Of a stretch of 64,000 bases of DNA, positions 1-9,706 are shown piece after piece; the stretch's first letter is position 1, and each line of letters opens with the position of its first letter. This DNA is from Acidimicrobiales bacterium (GTDB lineage: Bacteria > Actinomycetota > Acidimicrobiia > Acidimicrobiales > SZUA-35). The DNA lies in NCBI GenBank assembly GCA_050330635.1, contig JBHJNQ010000017.1, positions 68,840 through 132,839 on the forward strand. The letters run 5' to 3'. The notes below the pieces were generated by a model. It saw only the letters and a list, made by a program, of their open reading frames with translations. It did not search any database and was not told the DNA's origin. Both the position numbers and the translations under genes were made by a program.

Positions 1-79
1 CGTCGACCTGCTTGCGGCGGCCCGACTTGCGGCGCCGGCCCCGGCGGTTCTGGTTGACGCTCTTCTTCGGTGGGCTCAT
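1..79 (-). CDS. hypothetical protein, first 26 codons only (continues past the left edge). Extremely basic N-terminus MSPPKKSVNQNRRGRRRKSGRRKQVD.
   Basis: ATG (79-77) overlaps the TGA stop (78-76) of the SNF2 gene as ATGA. 25 of 26 codons end in G/C, as in confirmed genes here. Confidence 0.5.
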   Translation of the reverse strand, partial: MSPPKKSVNQNRRGRRRKSGRRKQVD

Positions 80-3000
80 GCCGACACCCCCTGGCGCTCG
101 GCCGCCGCCCGGTCACCGTCGGCCTCGGGTTGGCCTTCGGCGTCGTCGTCCTCCCCGGACCCCGACTCGACGACCAGGTCGCTGTCGAAGTCGGCCAGCA
201 CGAGATCGGGGTCGATACCCAGGGCCCGTTGGAGCTGCTCGGCATCGAGATCACCGACGGAGCTCGACTTCGGGAGGACCATGTCGGCGATCTGGCGCTT
301 GCCTGCCACGACCTCCTCGACCCGCTCGTCGACCGTGCCGGGGCAGATGAGGCGGTGGCAGATGACGGTGCTGGTCTGCCCGATCCTCCACACCCGGTCG
401 CGGGCCTGGTCCTCGACGGCGGGATTCCACCACCGGTCGTAGAGGACGACGTGGCTGGCGGCGGTCAGGTTGAGGCCCGTGCCGCCCGCCTTCAGCGACA
501 GCACCATGGCTCCCGCCTCCGTGCTGGCCTGGAACTCGGCCACCATCCTGTCCCTCGCCGTCCGGCTCAGCCCGCCGTGGTAGCAGGCGATCGGGACCCC
601 CGTCCGCGTCGTCAGGTAATCGGCCAGTTTCTCACCCCAGGAGGCGAAGTGGGTGAAGATCAGGACCCGCTCCCCCGCAGCGAAGACGTTGTCGACGATC
701 TCGTTGAGGCGGGCCAGCTTGCCCGACCGCCCATCGAGGGGACGGTCGTCGTTCTGGTAGGCGACGGGATGGTTGCAGATCTGCTTGAGGGCGGTGATGG
801 CGGCGAGCACCGCTCCCTTGTTGTTCGGTCCTTCTTCGGTACTGGTGGAGAGGAGGAGGTTGTCGAGCACGGCCTGGTAGAGGCCGATCTGTTCGGCCGT
901 CATCGAGCACTGATCCAGCTCGTCGATGCGGTCGGGTAGCTCGGCGGCGATCGAGGGCTCGGCCTTCGTCCTGCGGAACACCAGGATCCCGTTGAGCGCC
1001 CGGAGCGCCCGTTCGGCTCCATGTTTGGCGTCGTCGTTCTGCGACAGCTGGGCCACGAAGGGGGCGCGGGGGCCGACGAGACCGGGGTTGGTGTAGTCCA
1101 TGATGGCCCACAGGTCGCCGAGCCCGTTCTCGATGGGGGTGCCGGTGAGCGCCACCCGGGTTCTGGCCCCGATGCGGCGGAGCTGCTGGGCGGTCTCCGA
1201 CGTGGGGTTCTTGATGGCCTGGGCTTCGTCGAGCACCACCTTGCCCCAGGCGATCTCCTCGAGGGCGTCGACGTCGCGCACGGCGGTGCCGTAGGTGGTG
1301 ATGACGAGGTCGGCCCGCAGGGCCAGGGCCGGGATGCTCTCCGGCTCGGCCCGGTTCGGTCCGTGATGGACGATCACCCGGAGGTCGGGCACGAAGCGGG
1401 CCGCCTCGGCCGCCCAGTTGCCGACGACGGCCGGCGGGGCGACCACGAGGGCCGGCCCGTGGTCCATCGTGGCCCGGATGTGGGCCAGCATGGTGGGTGT
1501 CTTGCCCAGCCCCATGTCGAGAGCCAGACAGCCGCCGAGGCCGGCCCCGTCGAGGAAGCCCAGCCACATGCGGGCGTCGGCCTGATAGGAGCGGAGCTCG
1601 CCCACGAAACCCTCGGGCCGCGTCGGTGCGCTCTCGGGCAGCTCGGCGGCGCTGCGGAGCAGCTCGGCCGCCCACCCGTCGCCGGAGATCGAGATGCCGC
1701 CGGAGAACGGCGTCCCCTCGAGCCCGAGTGCGTGGCGGAGCATGTCGGCGCCGGTGAGGCGGGTCTTGTCGGCCCGTTCCGCCAGCGCTGCCGCCGCCTC
1801 GGCGAGATCGGTGCGGTCGAGCTCGACCCAGCGGCCCCGTGATCGGACGAGCGGACGGGCCTGGGCCGCCAGCTCGGCGATCTGCGCGGCGCTCAGCTCG
1901 ATGTCGTCGAACACGACCGACCAGCGCACGTTGGCCAGCTGCTGGGCCCCGACCACCGATTCCTGGGCGTTCTCCGATGTCAGGCGGAGCGCCGGGCTCG
2001 GCCTCTTGCGGGACAGGGCCGGGGCGCGGACGTCGAACCCGGCGGCCTGGAGGACCTGACCGGCCGACGTCATGAGCCGCCAGGCTTCATCCTGGCTGAG
2101 CACTACCTCGCCCCGCCGGCGACCCCCCGGTCGGAGCAGCTCCGGATAGAGGCGTTCGAGGCGGCTCAGCTCCTCCTCCACCTCCTTGCGGCGGGTGTTC
2201 GACGAGTTGACGATGACCTGCTCGACCGGCAGGAGGTGGTGCTCGTTGTTGTGGGCCAGCACGGCGAGATACCAGGCGCCGGCGTCGTCGGGCGGGTCGA
2301 GTTGGAGGACGAGGGTGGAGCGGGTGGTACCGGAGATGGCTCGCGACCACTGATCGATTCGACGGCCGAGCTCCGAGGCGAGGCGGCTGGGAGCGGTGAA
2401 CGGCTCACCATCGAGGCGGGCCAGGAAGGCCTCGGCCACATCGCCCTTCGAGCTCGGATCGGGCGGGGCAGCGGGGACGTCCAGGCGGCTGGCCGCCTCG
2501 TTGCAGATCGTGGTGACGAGATCGCTCAGCACGGCGTGGGTCATGGCCTTGGCGTCCGGCCGGTTCTCCAGCACGGAGATGGTGCCGGGCACGCACGCCG
2601 CCAGCTCCTTGAACTCGTCGCCGTCGACGAGGGTGGGGGCCCAGCGGACCCCGAAATAGGACTTGTCGTCGTTGCCGGCGGCGTCGTGGGGCCGGCGGGC
2701 CTTCTTCAACTGGGGCACCATGCGGCCCTGTACGACCAGCCGGACGGCCAGCGCGGTGACGAGGCCCAACCAGCGCACGCTCGGGCCGCACGTCTCGGGG
2801 TCGGCGGTGCGGGCCAGCCCGACGAGCCATCCGAGCCCGGCTTCGATCGGGATGGTGACGGCGTCGGCCTTGCCGCCGGTGGGCAGCTTCACCGGTGCGT
2901 GTTCCTGCCAGCCGATGGCGCCGCCACCAGCCGTGGCGAGGCGCTGGCGGAGCTCGTCGAGGCCCTCGACATCGGCGCCGGGCCCACCCGACCAGGCCAC

Positions 3001-3432
3001 GACTTGGCCCGTCGTCCACGACAGCTGCAGCTGGGCGATCCCGACGGGACCCTCGTCGCCGGCCTCGTCGCTGTCGTCGTGGTCCTCGTCGGCGGCGACC
3101 GTCTCATCGGCCGTGCCCGGGGGCGGACCGACGAGGCCGGTCAGCAGCCGGTCGATCCGGTCGATCTCGCCCTTGAAGTCGGCCATGACGATGGCCCGTT
3201 CCGATCCACGGACGGTCCGGCCGACGTCGTCGAGCGCCTCGACCGCGTCGTCATAGAGACGGAGGAGGGCGGCGATCCAGGTCTGGGGGTGGTTCTCGAG
3301 GTAGGCGACACCGGCCTCGTCGGCCGTGCCGTCGAGGTGGGCCTGCGCCAGGTCGTAGATCTCGCGTGCCGTCAGCGTGGAGGGCTGGGCGGAGGTAGTG
3401 GAAATCAGTCTCTCCATTTCTGGGTGAACCAC
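76..3432 (-). CDS. SNF2/RapA-type DEAD/DEAH-box helicase with a ~560-aa non-helicase N-terminal region
   Basis: 1118-aa ORF. Helicase motifs LALDMGLGKT, VLDEAQAIKN, ALTGTPIEN and, in the C-terminal lobe, LSLKAGGTGLNLTAASHVVLYDRWWNPAVEDQARDRVWRIGQ. Start is GTG at 3432; an alternative ATG lies at 3417. Confidence 0.9.
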   Translation of the reverse strand: MVHPEMERLISTTSAQPSTLTAREIYDLAQAHLDGTADEAGVAYLENHPQTWIAALLRLYDDAVEALDDVGRTVRGSERAIVMADFKGEIDRIDRLLTGLVGPPPGTADETVAADEDHDDSDEAGDEGPVGIAQLQLSWTTGQVVAWSGGPGADVEGLDELRQRLATAGGGAIGWQEHAPVKLPTGGKADAVTIPIEAGLGWLVGLARTADPETCGPSVRWLGLVTALAVRLVVQGRMVPQLKKARRPHDAAGNDDKSYFGVRWAPTLVDGDEFKELAACVPGTISVLENRPDAKAMTHAVLSDLVTTICNEAASRLDVPAAPPDPSSKGDVAEAFLARLDGEPFTAPSRLASELGRRIDQWSRAISGTTRSTLVLQLDPPDDAGAWYLAVLAHNNEHHLLPVEQVIVNSSNTRRKEVEEELSRLERLYPELLRPGGRRRGEVVLSQDEAWRLMTSAGQVLQAAGFDVRAPALSRKRPSPALRLTSENAQESVVGAQQLANVRWSVVFDDIELSAAQIAELAAQARPLVRSRGRWVELDRTDLAEAAAALAERADKTRLTGADMLRHALGLEGTPFSGGISISGDGWAAELLRSAAELPESAPTRPEGFVGELRSYQADARMWLGFLDGAGLGGCLALDMGLGKTPTMLAHIRATMDHGPALVVAPPAVVGNWAAEAARFVPDLRVIVHHGPNRAEPESIPALALRADLVITTYGTAVRDVDALEEIAWGKVVLDEAQAIKNPTSETAQQLRRIGARTRVALTGTPIENGLGDLWAIMDYTNPGLVGPRAPFVAQLSQNDDAKHGAERALRALNGILVFRRTKAEPSIAAELPDRIDELDQCSMTAEQIGLYQAVLDNLLLSTSTEEGPNNKGAVLAAITALKQICNHPVAYQNDDRPLDGRSGKLARLNEIVDNVFAAGERVLIFTHFASWGEKLADYLTTRTGVPIACYHGGLSRTARDRMVAEFQASTEAGAMVLSLKAGGTGLNLTAASHVVLYDRWWNPAVEDQARDRVWRIGQTSTVICHRLICPGTVDERVEEVVAGKRQIADMVLPKSSSVGDLDAEQLQRALGIDPDLVLADFDSDLVVESGSGEDDDAEGQPEADGDRAAAERQGVSA

Positions 3433-3813
3433 GACTCGGCCCGGGTCCCTGGGTCAAGGTTGCCCGTGACCGAGCGGCCGCTCAGCGGCGCGGCCGTTCG
3501 CTGTTGTTCCTCGGCTGGCCCGCTCTCGCCCATTGCCCGGGCGATGCCCCACGAGGCAGCACAACCTGCGGGAACCGAGACGCACGGTTGGAGCGCCTCA
3601 GACTCCGATCCTAGCTCCAATCGGACCCGGGGCCACGAATCGTCAGCGTTTCGGTCGCATCTCCCGCCTCCCCGGACCGGTCGTCGGAGGACCGCTCCGG
3701 GTCTGTCGCTGCCACCGTCACCGGCGACCCACACTAGTGTTGGCCCCCGGCGACGGTCGGGCGTTCCGGCCGCACGGACGACGCCCGGCGGCAGCGCCGG
3801 TGAGGAGGCAGCG

Positions 3814-4617
3814 ATGGAGGTCCGCGATCGGGTCTGTGTGGTCACGGGAGGCGGCAGCGGTATTGGCAAGGCACTGTGTGAGCGGTTCGCCGCCGACGGG
3901 GCCCGGGGGATCGTCGTGGTCGATCGTGACGGTGACGGGGCCCGGGCCGTGGCCTCGTCGGTCGGCGGCCGGGCGGAGGTGGTCGACGTGGGCTCCGAGG
4001 TCGAGCTGACCGGCGCCCTGCGGGCCATCGAGGACGAGCTCGGCCCGATCGACGTGTTGTGCAACAACGCCGGCATCGCCAGCGGGGCCGATCCGCTGAC
4101 CACGCCGATCGAGGAGTGGCAGCGACAGTGGGACATCAACGTCATGTCGCACGTGTACGCCATCCGGGCCGTGCTCCCGGGCATGCTGGCCCGGGGCGAG
4201 GGCCACATCCAGCACACGGCGTCGATGGCCGGCATCCTCACCAGCCACGGCAACGCCCCCTACGCCACGACCAAGCATGCCGTCGTCGGTCTGGCCGAGT
4301 GGATGTCGATCACCTACCACCATCGCGGCATCCGGACCTACCTCCTGGCACCACTGGGCGTGCGGACCCCGATGCTGGGCGACCAGGCGGACTCGGAGTG
4401 GGCCCGGGCCGCCGCCGGGCCGATCGCCGAGCCGGAGGAGGTGGCGGAACAGGTCACCGAGGCCTTCGCCGCCGAGCGGTTCCTCGTCCTCACCAACCCC
4501 GTGGCCCAGGACTGGATGGAGTTTAAGACCAGCGATCCGGAGAAGTGGTTGACCGGGATGCGGCGGCTCCAGGTGCGGCTGGAGGGGGCCGGCGAGGCCG
4601 GGGCGCCGGCCTCGTGA
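3814..4617 (+). CDS. SDR family oxidoreductase
   Basis: The internal ATG at 3814 is preceded by GAGGAGG. Motifs VTGGGSGIGKAL (TGxxxGxG), NNAG and YATTK (YxxxK). The upstream part of track ORF 2236..4617 is antisense to the SNF2 gene. Confidence 0.85.
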   Translation: MEVRDRVCVVTGGGSGIGKALCERFAADGARGIVVVDRDGDGARAVASSVGGRAEVVDVGSEVELTGALRAIEDELGPIDVLCNNAGIASGADPLTTPIEEWQRQWDINVMSHVYAIRAVLPGMLARGEGHIQHTASMAGILTSHGNAPYATTKHAVVGLAEWMSITYHHRGIRTYLLAPLGVRTPMLGDQADSEWARAAAGPIAEPEEVAEQVTEAFAAERFLVLTNPVAQDWMEFKTSDPEKWLTGMRRLQVRLEGAGEAGAPAS

Positions 4618-4629
4618 GCGCCACCGGGC

Positions 4630-5352
4630 TCAGCCCGGGAGGCGCTTCATGCCCGGACCGTTGGCGTCGGTGTCACCCCAGAACTCGGGAAGGCGCAGGT
4701 AGCCGACCCGGGGCAGCTCGACGGCCAGGTCGAGACCCTGGTGGCGCTTGAGCCGCTGGATGGTCCTCACGTGGGCCGCCAACTCGTAGAAGACCATCCA
4801 CAGCGACGCCTCGAGGGTGTAGCCGATGTGGCCCGGCGGTTCGTCGACCCGGGCCGCCCCCCGGGGGAGGGTCCCGATCACGTACGCCCAGAACGGGGTG
4901 CCGTGGACGGTCTCGTAGGTGTCCCGCAGCACGTCGACGGGTTCGGTCTCGACCACGGTGGTCAGCCACCCGATGCCCAGCTCGAGCTTGGCCACCAGAT
5001 CGGGCACGGCCCGGAACAGGTGCTCGTCGAGCATACGGTCCCACCGCGCCCGGGGACCCAGCCGATGGTCGTCCCACGAGATCGGCTCCGGCACGTCACC
5101 GTCGGGCCACAGGATGTGGGCACAGCGACGGCGGGTGAACACGAGCGAGTCCCATGCCATGTGGGACACCTGGCGGCGGATCGACCACCACATCCACTCC
5201 CGGTCGGGGTGGAGGTCGTCGAGGTCGAGCTGGGCGTCGGTCAGGCCCTCGAGCTCCGGTAGGAGCCAGTCGAGGATCAGGTGGTAGGTCGGCATGGTGC
5301 CGGGATCGAGCTCGGCCGGCATCTCCAGCACATCGGGTGTGGTGGGGCCCAT
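4630..5352 (-). CDS. hypothetical protein, possibly DinB/YfiT-like helical bundle
   Basis: 240-aa ORF with an ATG start and non-biased composition. The segment WSIRRQVSHMAWD resembles a DinB-fold His helix. The product call is weak. Confidence 0.55.
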   Translation of the reverse strand: MGPTTPDVLEMPAELDPGTMPTYHLILDWLLPELEGLTDAQLDLDDLHPDREWMWWSIRRQVSHMAWDSLVFTRRRCAHILWPDGDVPEPISWDDHRLGPRARWDRMLDEHLFRAVPDLVAKLELGIGWLTTVVETEPVDVLRDTYETVHGTPFWAYVIGTLPRGAARVDEPPGHIGYTLEASLWMVFYELAAHVRTIQRLKRHQGLDLAVELPRVGYLRLPEFWGDTDANGPGMKRLPG

Positions 5353-5568
5353 CGCCCGACGAACCTAGTTTCGGGCGTCGCCGTCCGCCAGTCTTGCGGC
5401 CGACCGCTCCCGTCCCGCAGCCGCCGATCTCGGCCCTTTCACCTCCGACGGTCCGTGCCACTCGCGGCTTCGGCGCGGGGCGCCTCGCTTCGAGTTCCGC
5501 CTGCGGCGAAACTCGTGGCTGTCACAAAATCCCGTGTCCACGCCCCCAAGCACCTAGCATCGCCGCCC

Positions 5569-6336
5569 ATGGAGCAGATCTGTGACGACCTGGCAGCCGA
5601 GCACGCCGCCCTGGACACCGTGGTGGCCGGCCTCGACGAGGCGGGATGGACGACGCCCACCCCGGCGGAGGGGTGGGACATCAAGGACACCATCGTCCAC
5701 CTCGTCCAAGCCGATGTGGCGGCCCGCATCGCCGTCGAGGACCCGGAGGCGTTCGTCGAGGCCAAGCACGCCATCGCCGAGGGCCGGGGCCTCGACGCGT
5801 TCGGCTCGCTGGAGGGCCGGTCGGGGGCGGAGGTGCTGGCCTGGTGGCGGGATGAACGGTCGAGGATGCTGGCCGCCTTCCGCTCGCGTGGGCCGAAGGA
5901 CCGCATCCCCTGGTTCGGACCCGACATGAGCACCCTGTCGTTCGCCACCGCCCGCCTGATGGAGACGTGGGCCCATGGCCACGACATCGCCGACACCGTG
6001 GGGGCGGCGCTACCGGTCACCGACCGGTTGCGCCACGTGTGCCACATCGGCGTGACGACCCGGGGATGGAGCTACGTCAATCGGGGACTCGAGGTCCCGG
6101 CCGGCGATGTCCGGGTCGAGCTCGAGGCTCCCTCGGGCGCCGGGTGGACATGGGGACCGCCCGACGCCACCGATCGGATCACGGGCGACGCCGAGGAGTT
6201 CGCCCTCGTGGTCACCCAGCGGCGTCATCCCGACGACACGTCGCTGCGGGCCGAGGGGCCCCTGGCGGTGGAATGGCTCTCGCTGGCCCAGGCCTTCGCC
6301 GGCCCCCCGACACTGCCGGAGGGCCGCCGGGCCTGA
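5569..6336 (+). CDS. TIGR03084-like / mycothiol-dependent maleylpyruvate-isomerase N-terminal (DinB-fold) metal-binding protein
   Basis: Starts MEQICDDLAAEHAALDTVVAGLDEAGWTTPTPAEGWDIKDTIVHL, which is typical of this family. ATG at 5569 is in frame with track ORF 5281..6336. Confidence 0.7.
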   Translation: MEQICDDLAAEHAALDTVVAGLDEAGWTTPTPAEGWDIKDTIVHLVQADVAARIAVEDPEAFVEAKHAIAEGRGLDAFGSLEGRSGAEVLAWWRDERSRMLAAFRSRGPKDRIPWFGPDMSTLSFATARLMETWAHGHDIADTVGAALPVTDRLRHVCHIGVTTRGWSYVNRGLEVPAGDVRVELEAPSGAGWTWGPPDATDRITGDAEEFALVVTQRRHPDDTSLRAEGPLAVEWLSLAQAFAGPPTLPEGRRA

Positions 6337-6363
6337 CCGCCGGGCGCCGCCGCCGGGACGCGG

Positions 6364-7353
6364 TCAGAAGGTGACGGACACCTTGAGGGCACCCGCCGGC
6401 ACGGGGTCGTTCGCCACCTCGAACGCCGCCGCGATCTCCTCGACCGGGTACACGTGGGACAGCAGGGGCGACACGTCGATGTGGCCCCCGGAGATCAGGT
6501 CGAGGGCGGTGCGGAACGACACGGCGTCGCCCTCGTCCTGGGCCCCGAACGTGCAGCTCGCCGTCAGCTTCTTACGGAAGAACTGGGCGAAGCTGATCGG
6601 GACGCTGTCGTCGGTGTCGGGCAGACCGAACCACAGGAGATCACCCCCTGGCCGCACCAGCTCGATCGACTGGTACAGGGTCTCGCGGCGGCCGACCGCC
6701 TCGACCACATAGTCGGCCCCGGCGCCGGTCGACTGGCGCACCGCGTCGGCCACGTCGACCTCTCCGGCGTTGACCGTGACGTCGGCACCGAAGGACGAGG
6801 CGACGGCGAGTCGGGCGTCGGACAGGTCGACGGCGATCAGTCGCGCCGCCCCGCTCCGCTTCAGCCAGTAGGTCCAGAACAACCCGGCCGACCCCTGACC
6901 CAGCACGACCACCGTCCGGCCCACCACGTCGACCGGGCGCTGACGGGCGGCGAAGATCACCGTGCCGAACTGCTGGGCCATGAGGAGCTCCTGCTCGGGC
7001 ACCGGCGACTGGGGAAGGGGAAGCACGTAGCGGCCCTTCATCCGTTGATATTCACTGAACCCCTCCGACGATCCGGCAAAGGGGAAGCAGAGCACCCGGG
7101 TGCCCGGTTCGATGCCCTCGGCCCGGGAGTCGACGACCTCGCCGATGCCCTCGTGCCCCGGGTAACCATGGGGGCAGGGCATCGGGAACCCGACACCGGC
7201 CCCGTGGCACACCACGTGGAGGTCCGATCCGCAGATCGAGGCCATCGTGGTCCTGACCAGGATCTGGCCGTCATCGATGGTCGGCACGGGAGCCTCGACG
7301 CAGCGCATGTCGTTCACGCCATGCATCTGTCCGGCTCGCATCGTCTCGGCCAC
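6364..7353 (-). CDS. zinc-dependent alcohol/polyol dehydrogenase (MDR family)
   Basis: Motifs CGSDLH, GHEGIGEV and the Rossmann motif VLGQGSAG. The GTG start at 7353 is preceded by GAGGAGGG. Confidence 0.85.
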   Translation of the reverse strand: MAETMRAGQMHGVNDMRCVEAPVPTIDDGQILVRTTMASICGSDLHVVCHGAGVGFPMPCPHGYPGHEGIGEVVDSRAEGIEPGTRVLCFPFAGSSEGFSEYQRMKGRYVLPLPQSPVPEQELLMAQQFGTVIFAARQRPVDVVGRTVVVLGQGSAGLFWTYWLKRSGAARLIAVDLSDARLAVASSFGADVTVNAGEVDVADAVRQSTGAGADYVVEAVGRRETLYQSIELVRPGGDLLWFGLPDTDDSVPISFAQFFRKKLTASCTFGAQDEGDAVSFRTALDLISGGHIDVSPLLSHVYPVEEIAAAFEVANDPVPAGALKVSVTF

Positions 7354-7552
7354 GTGGCCCTCCTCGTTCCTCGGCTGCTCCCGGCGACGTGCGCCGGCCC
7401 GGTTCCATCGGGGTCCGGCGTCGACCGATCATGTCGCACCCGACGGCGGTTGGCCAGCGGGGGGCGGAGCCACCGGTGGGGAGGGCGGCGACCGGAGGCG
7501 ACGAGTCATCACGGTCGTAGCATCGACGATGGAGGACAAGGAGCGGAACCGG

Positions 7553-8581
7553 ATGGAGCGACTGCGAGCGGCCCTGTTCGTCGATTTCGACGACGTGTTC
7601 GCCACCCTCGTCGGTCGCGACCGGCGGTTCGCCGTCGTCGCCCTACGACCCGGTCAGCTGTTGGCCTTGCTGACCGGGAGCGCATCATCGCCGTCCGGGG
7701 GGCGTCGCGACGTCCTGGTCCGGCGGGTCTACCTCGGGGCCAGGGTGGGCGGCGGGGACGCCACCACCGATGGCTCGGCCCCGGTCGTCCGGGAGCGTCT
7801 CCGCTCGGCGTGGACCGACGCCGGGTTCGAGGTGGTCGACGACGCCACGGCCGGTGGCGGAACCGGCGTCCGATTGGCGGTCGACGTCATGACGTTGCTC
7901 GGCCACGCCACCCGCTTCGACGAGGTGCTGATCGCCGCCGCCGACGCGGTGTACCTGCCGGTCCTGCAGGCGGTACGGTCCCACGATCGGCGGACGACGA
8001 TCCTGGTTCCGGGACCGGTTGCGCCGCGCTATGCCGCCGCCGCTGACCACCGCCTCGATCTGGCCGCCCTCCTCGCCCCGTCGCTCGACGACGGTGACGA
8101 GCGCCCGGAGGTCGCCGGGGGTAGCCACCTCCGGGTCGTGCCCTCGGCCGGCGTGGCACCCGAGCGCCAGGAGGGGCCGTGGGGCCGGTGGCCTCCCGAC
8201 GGCGCCGGCATGTCCCCCTCGATCGAACAGCTGTGCATCGCCACCGGCATGCCGGCGCTCCCGTCCCGGCTGTGGCCCGGGGTGTTCAGCTTCCTCGCCG
8301 CCGGTGCCCACCGGGCTCGGGAGCTCGACGATCTGGCCCGCTGGGTTCAGGACTGGCTGGTCGACAACGGCGTGCCCGTCGACCTGAACGCCCTCCACTT
8401 CGTCACCCGGGCCGCCTTTCCCGACGGCCTGCGCCGATCGTCGTCACCGGCCGAGCCGGAGGCGGCCCAGCTGGTCAACGAGTTCCGCCATCACGTGGCG
8501 GCGGTGGCTGCGGTGCAGGGGGTCCGCCTCAGCGAGCGCGACGCCCACGCCTTCCAGGCGTGGTTGGCCGGCACGGCCTGA
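7553..8581 (+). CDS. NYN (LabA/PIN-like) domain protein with a ~140-aa C-terminal helical extension
   Basis: The N-terminus RAALFVDFDDVF and the segment FDEVLIAAADAVYLPVLQAVRSHDRRTTILV resemble the LabA/NYN layout. AAGGAG lies 9 nt upstream of ATG 7553; an alternative ATG lies at 7529. Confidence 0.6.
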   Translation: MERLRAALFVDFDDVFATLVGRDRRFAVVALRPGQLLALLTGSASSPSGGRRDVLVRRVYLGARVGGGDATTDGSAPVVRERLRSAWTDAGFEVVDDATAGGGTGVRLAVDVMTLLGHATRFDEVLIAAADAVYLPVLQAVRSHDRRTTILVPGPVAPRYAAAADHRLDLAALLAPSLDDGDERPEVAGGSHLRVVPSAGVAPERQEGPWGRWPPDGAGMSPSIEQLCIATGMPALPSRLWPGVFSFLAAGAHRARELDDLARWVQDWLVDNGVPVDLNALHFVTRAAFPDGLRRSSSPAEPEAAQLVNEFRHHVAAVAAVQGVRLSERDAHAFQAWLAGTA

Positions 8582-8656
8582 GCGGCCCGGTCAGTCGTCG
8601 CGGCACGAGGCGGCGACCCGGTCGGCCTCGGCATCGGTGATTCCCGGTCTGCTCGG

Positions 8657-9706
8657 TCAGAGCCTGGGCACCACGTCGTTGGCCAGGCGCTCGAGGTTGC
8701 CGGCCATGACGTCGGGGTCGATCCCGGGCGGGAGGCCCGAGGTGGCGATGTCGGTGATGCCGAAGGCGTCGATGAACGACCGTAACTCCTCGACGCACCG
8801 GTCGGCCGTTCCGATGATGACGTTCTGGGGGATGGCGTCGTCATCGCCCCAGGCGTAGCGGTCGGGGGTCTCGGCCATGAACCGGTTGTAGATGCTCATC
8901 CGGTACCGCTCGGCGGTGCGGACCATCGGCCAGTCCCGGTCCGGGTCGTCGGTCACGAACACCGAACGGATGATGCCGACCCGGTGGTTCGACGGGTTCC
9001 CGCCGGCCTCGATCACCGCCCGGCGCCACGGGTCGAGCACCTCGCTCCTTCGTCCCTGGGGGAGGAGGTTGGTGCCGAACCGGGCCGCCCGGCGGGCTCC
9101 GGCCTCGCTCATGGCCGCCACCCACAGCGGCGGTCCGCCGGGCTGCACGGGTTTCGGGTGGACGTCGACGCCGTCAAGGCGGTAGCGCCGTCCCCGGTAG
9201 TCGAACGGGCCGTCACTCCAGGCCAGGCGGAGGATGTCGATCGCCTCCTCCGTCATCGACACCCGGTTACGCAGTGGTACCCCGAAGGCCTCGAACTCGG
9301 CTGGCACGTACCCCATGCCGATGCCCAGTTCGATGCGGCCCCCGCTGATGTGGTCGAGGACGGCCAGCTCCTCGGCCAAGCGCACCGGGTGGTACAGCGG
9401 GAGCAGGGCGATGTCGTTCGAGATCCGGATGCGTTCGGTCCTGGCGGCGATGGCGCCCGCCAACGGCTGGAAGGCCGGGAGGTAGCCGTCGGCCAGGAAG
9501 TGGTGCTCGGTGAACCACACGTGATCGAAGCCGAGACCGTCGGCCAGGGCGGCCTGTTCGATGGTGGCCCGGTACACGTCGGTCATGGTCATGGCGCTGT
9601 CCGGGTGGCGGCGGCAGTCGTACATGACACCGAACCGCAGCGACGGCCGGCCGGACGGTGCGCCCGGACCCTCGGCGGTGGTGGGGTTGGCGGGGGGACC
9701 GGTCAC
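8657..9706 (-). CDS. LLM class flavin/F420-dependent oxidoreductase
   Basis: Luciferase-like pattern GFDHVWFTEHHF ... RIRISNDIALLPLYHPVRLAEELAVLDHISGGRIELGIGMG. The GTG start overlaps the upstream stop as GTGA. Confidence 0.8.
   Translation of the reverse strand: MTGPPANPTTAEGPGAPSGRPSLRFGVMYDCRRHPDSAMTMTDVYRATIEQAALADGLGFDHVWFTEHHFLADGYLPAFQPLAGAIAARTERIRISNDIALLPLYHPVRLAEELAVLDHISGGRIELGIGMGYVPAEFEAFGVPLRNRVSMTEEAIDILRLAWSDGPFDYRGRRYRLDGVDVHPKPVQPGGPPLWVAAMSEAGARRAARFGTNLLPQGRRSEVLDPWRRAVIEAGGNPSNHRVGIIRSVFVTDDPDRDWPMVRTAERYRMSIYNRFMAETPDRYAWGDDDAIPQNVIIGTADRCVEELRSFIDAFGITDIATSGLPPGIDPDVMAGNLERLANDVVPRL

Noticed and set aside
2236-3813. The first 526 codons of the 793-aa track ORF 2236..4617.
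   Set aside because: They run antisense to the well-supported SNF2 gene and then cross the 381-bp intergenic gap. The sequence is Gly/Arg/Pro-rich junk. The SDR fold begins at the ATG at 3814, which has its own RBS.
3433-3813. A 381-bp divergent intergenic region, considered as a possible ncRNA or riboswitch.
   Set aside because: I could identify no conserved RNA motif, palindrome or small ORF with coding-like GC3. It probably holds only the two promoters.
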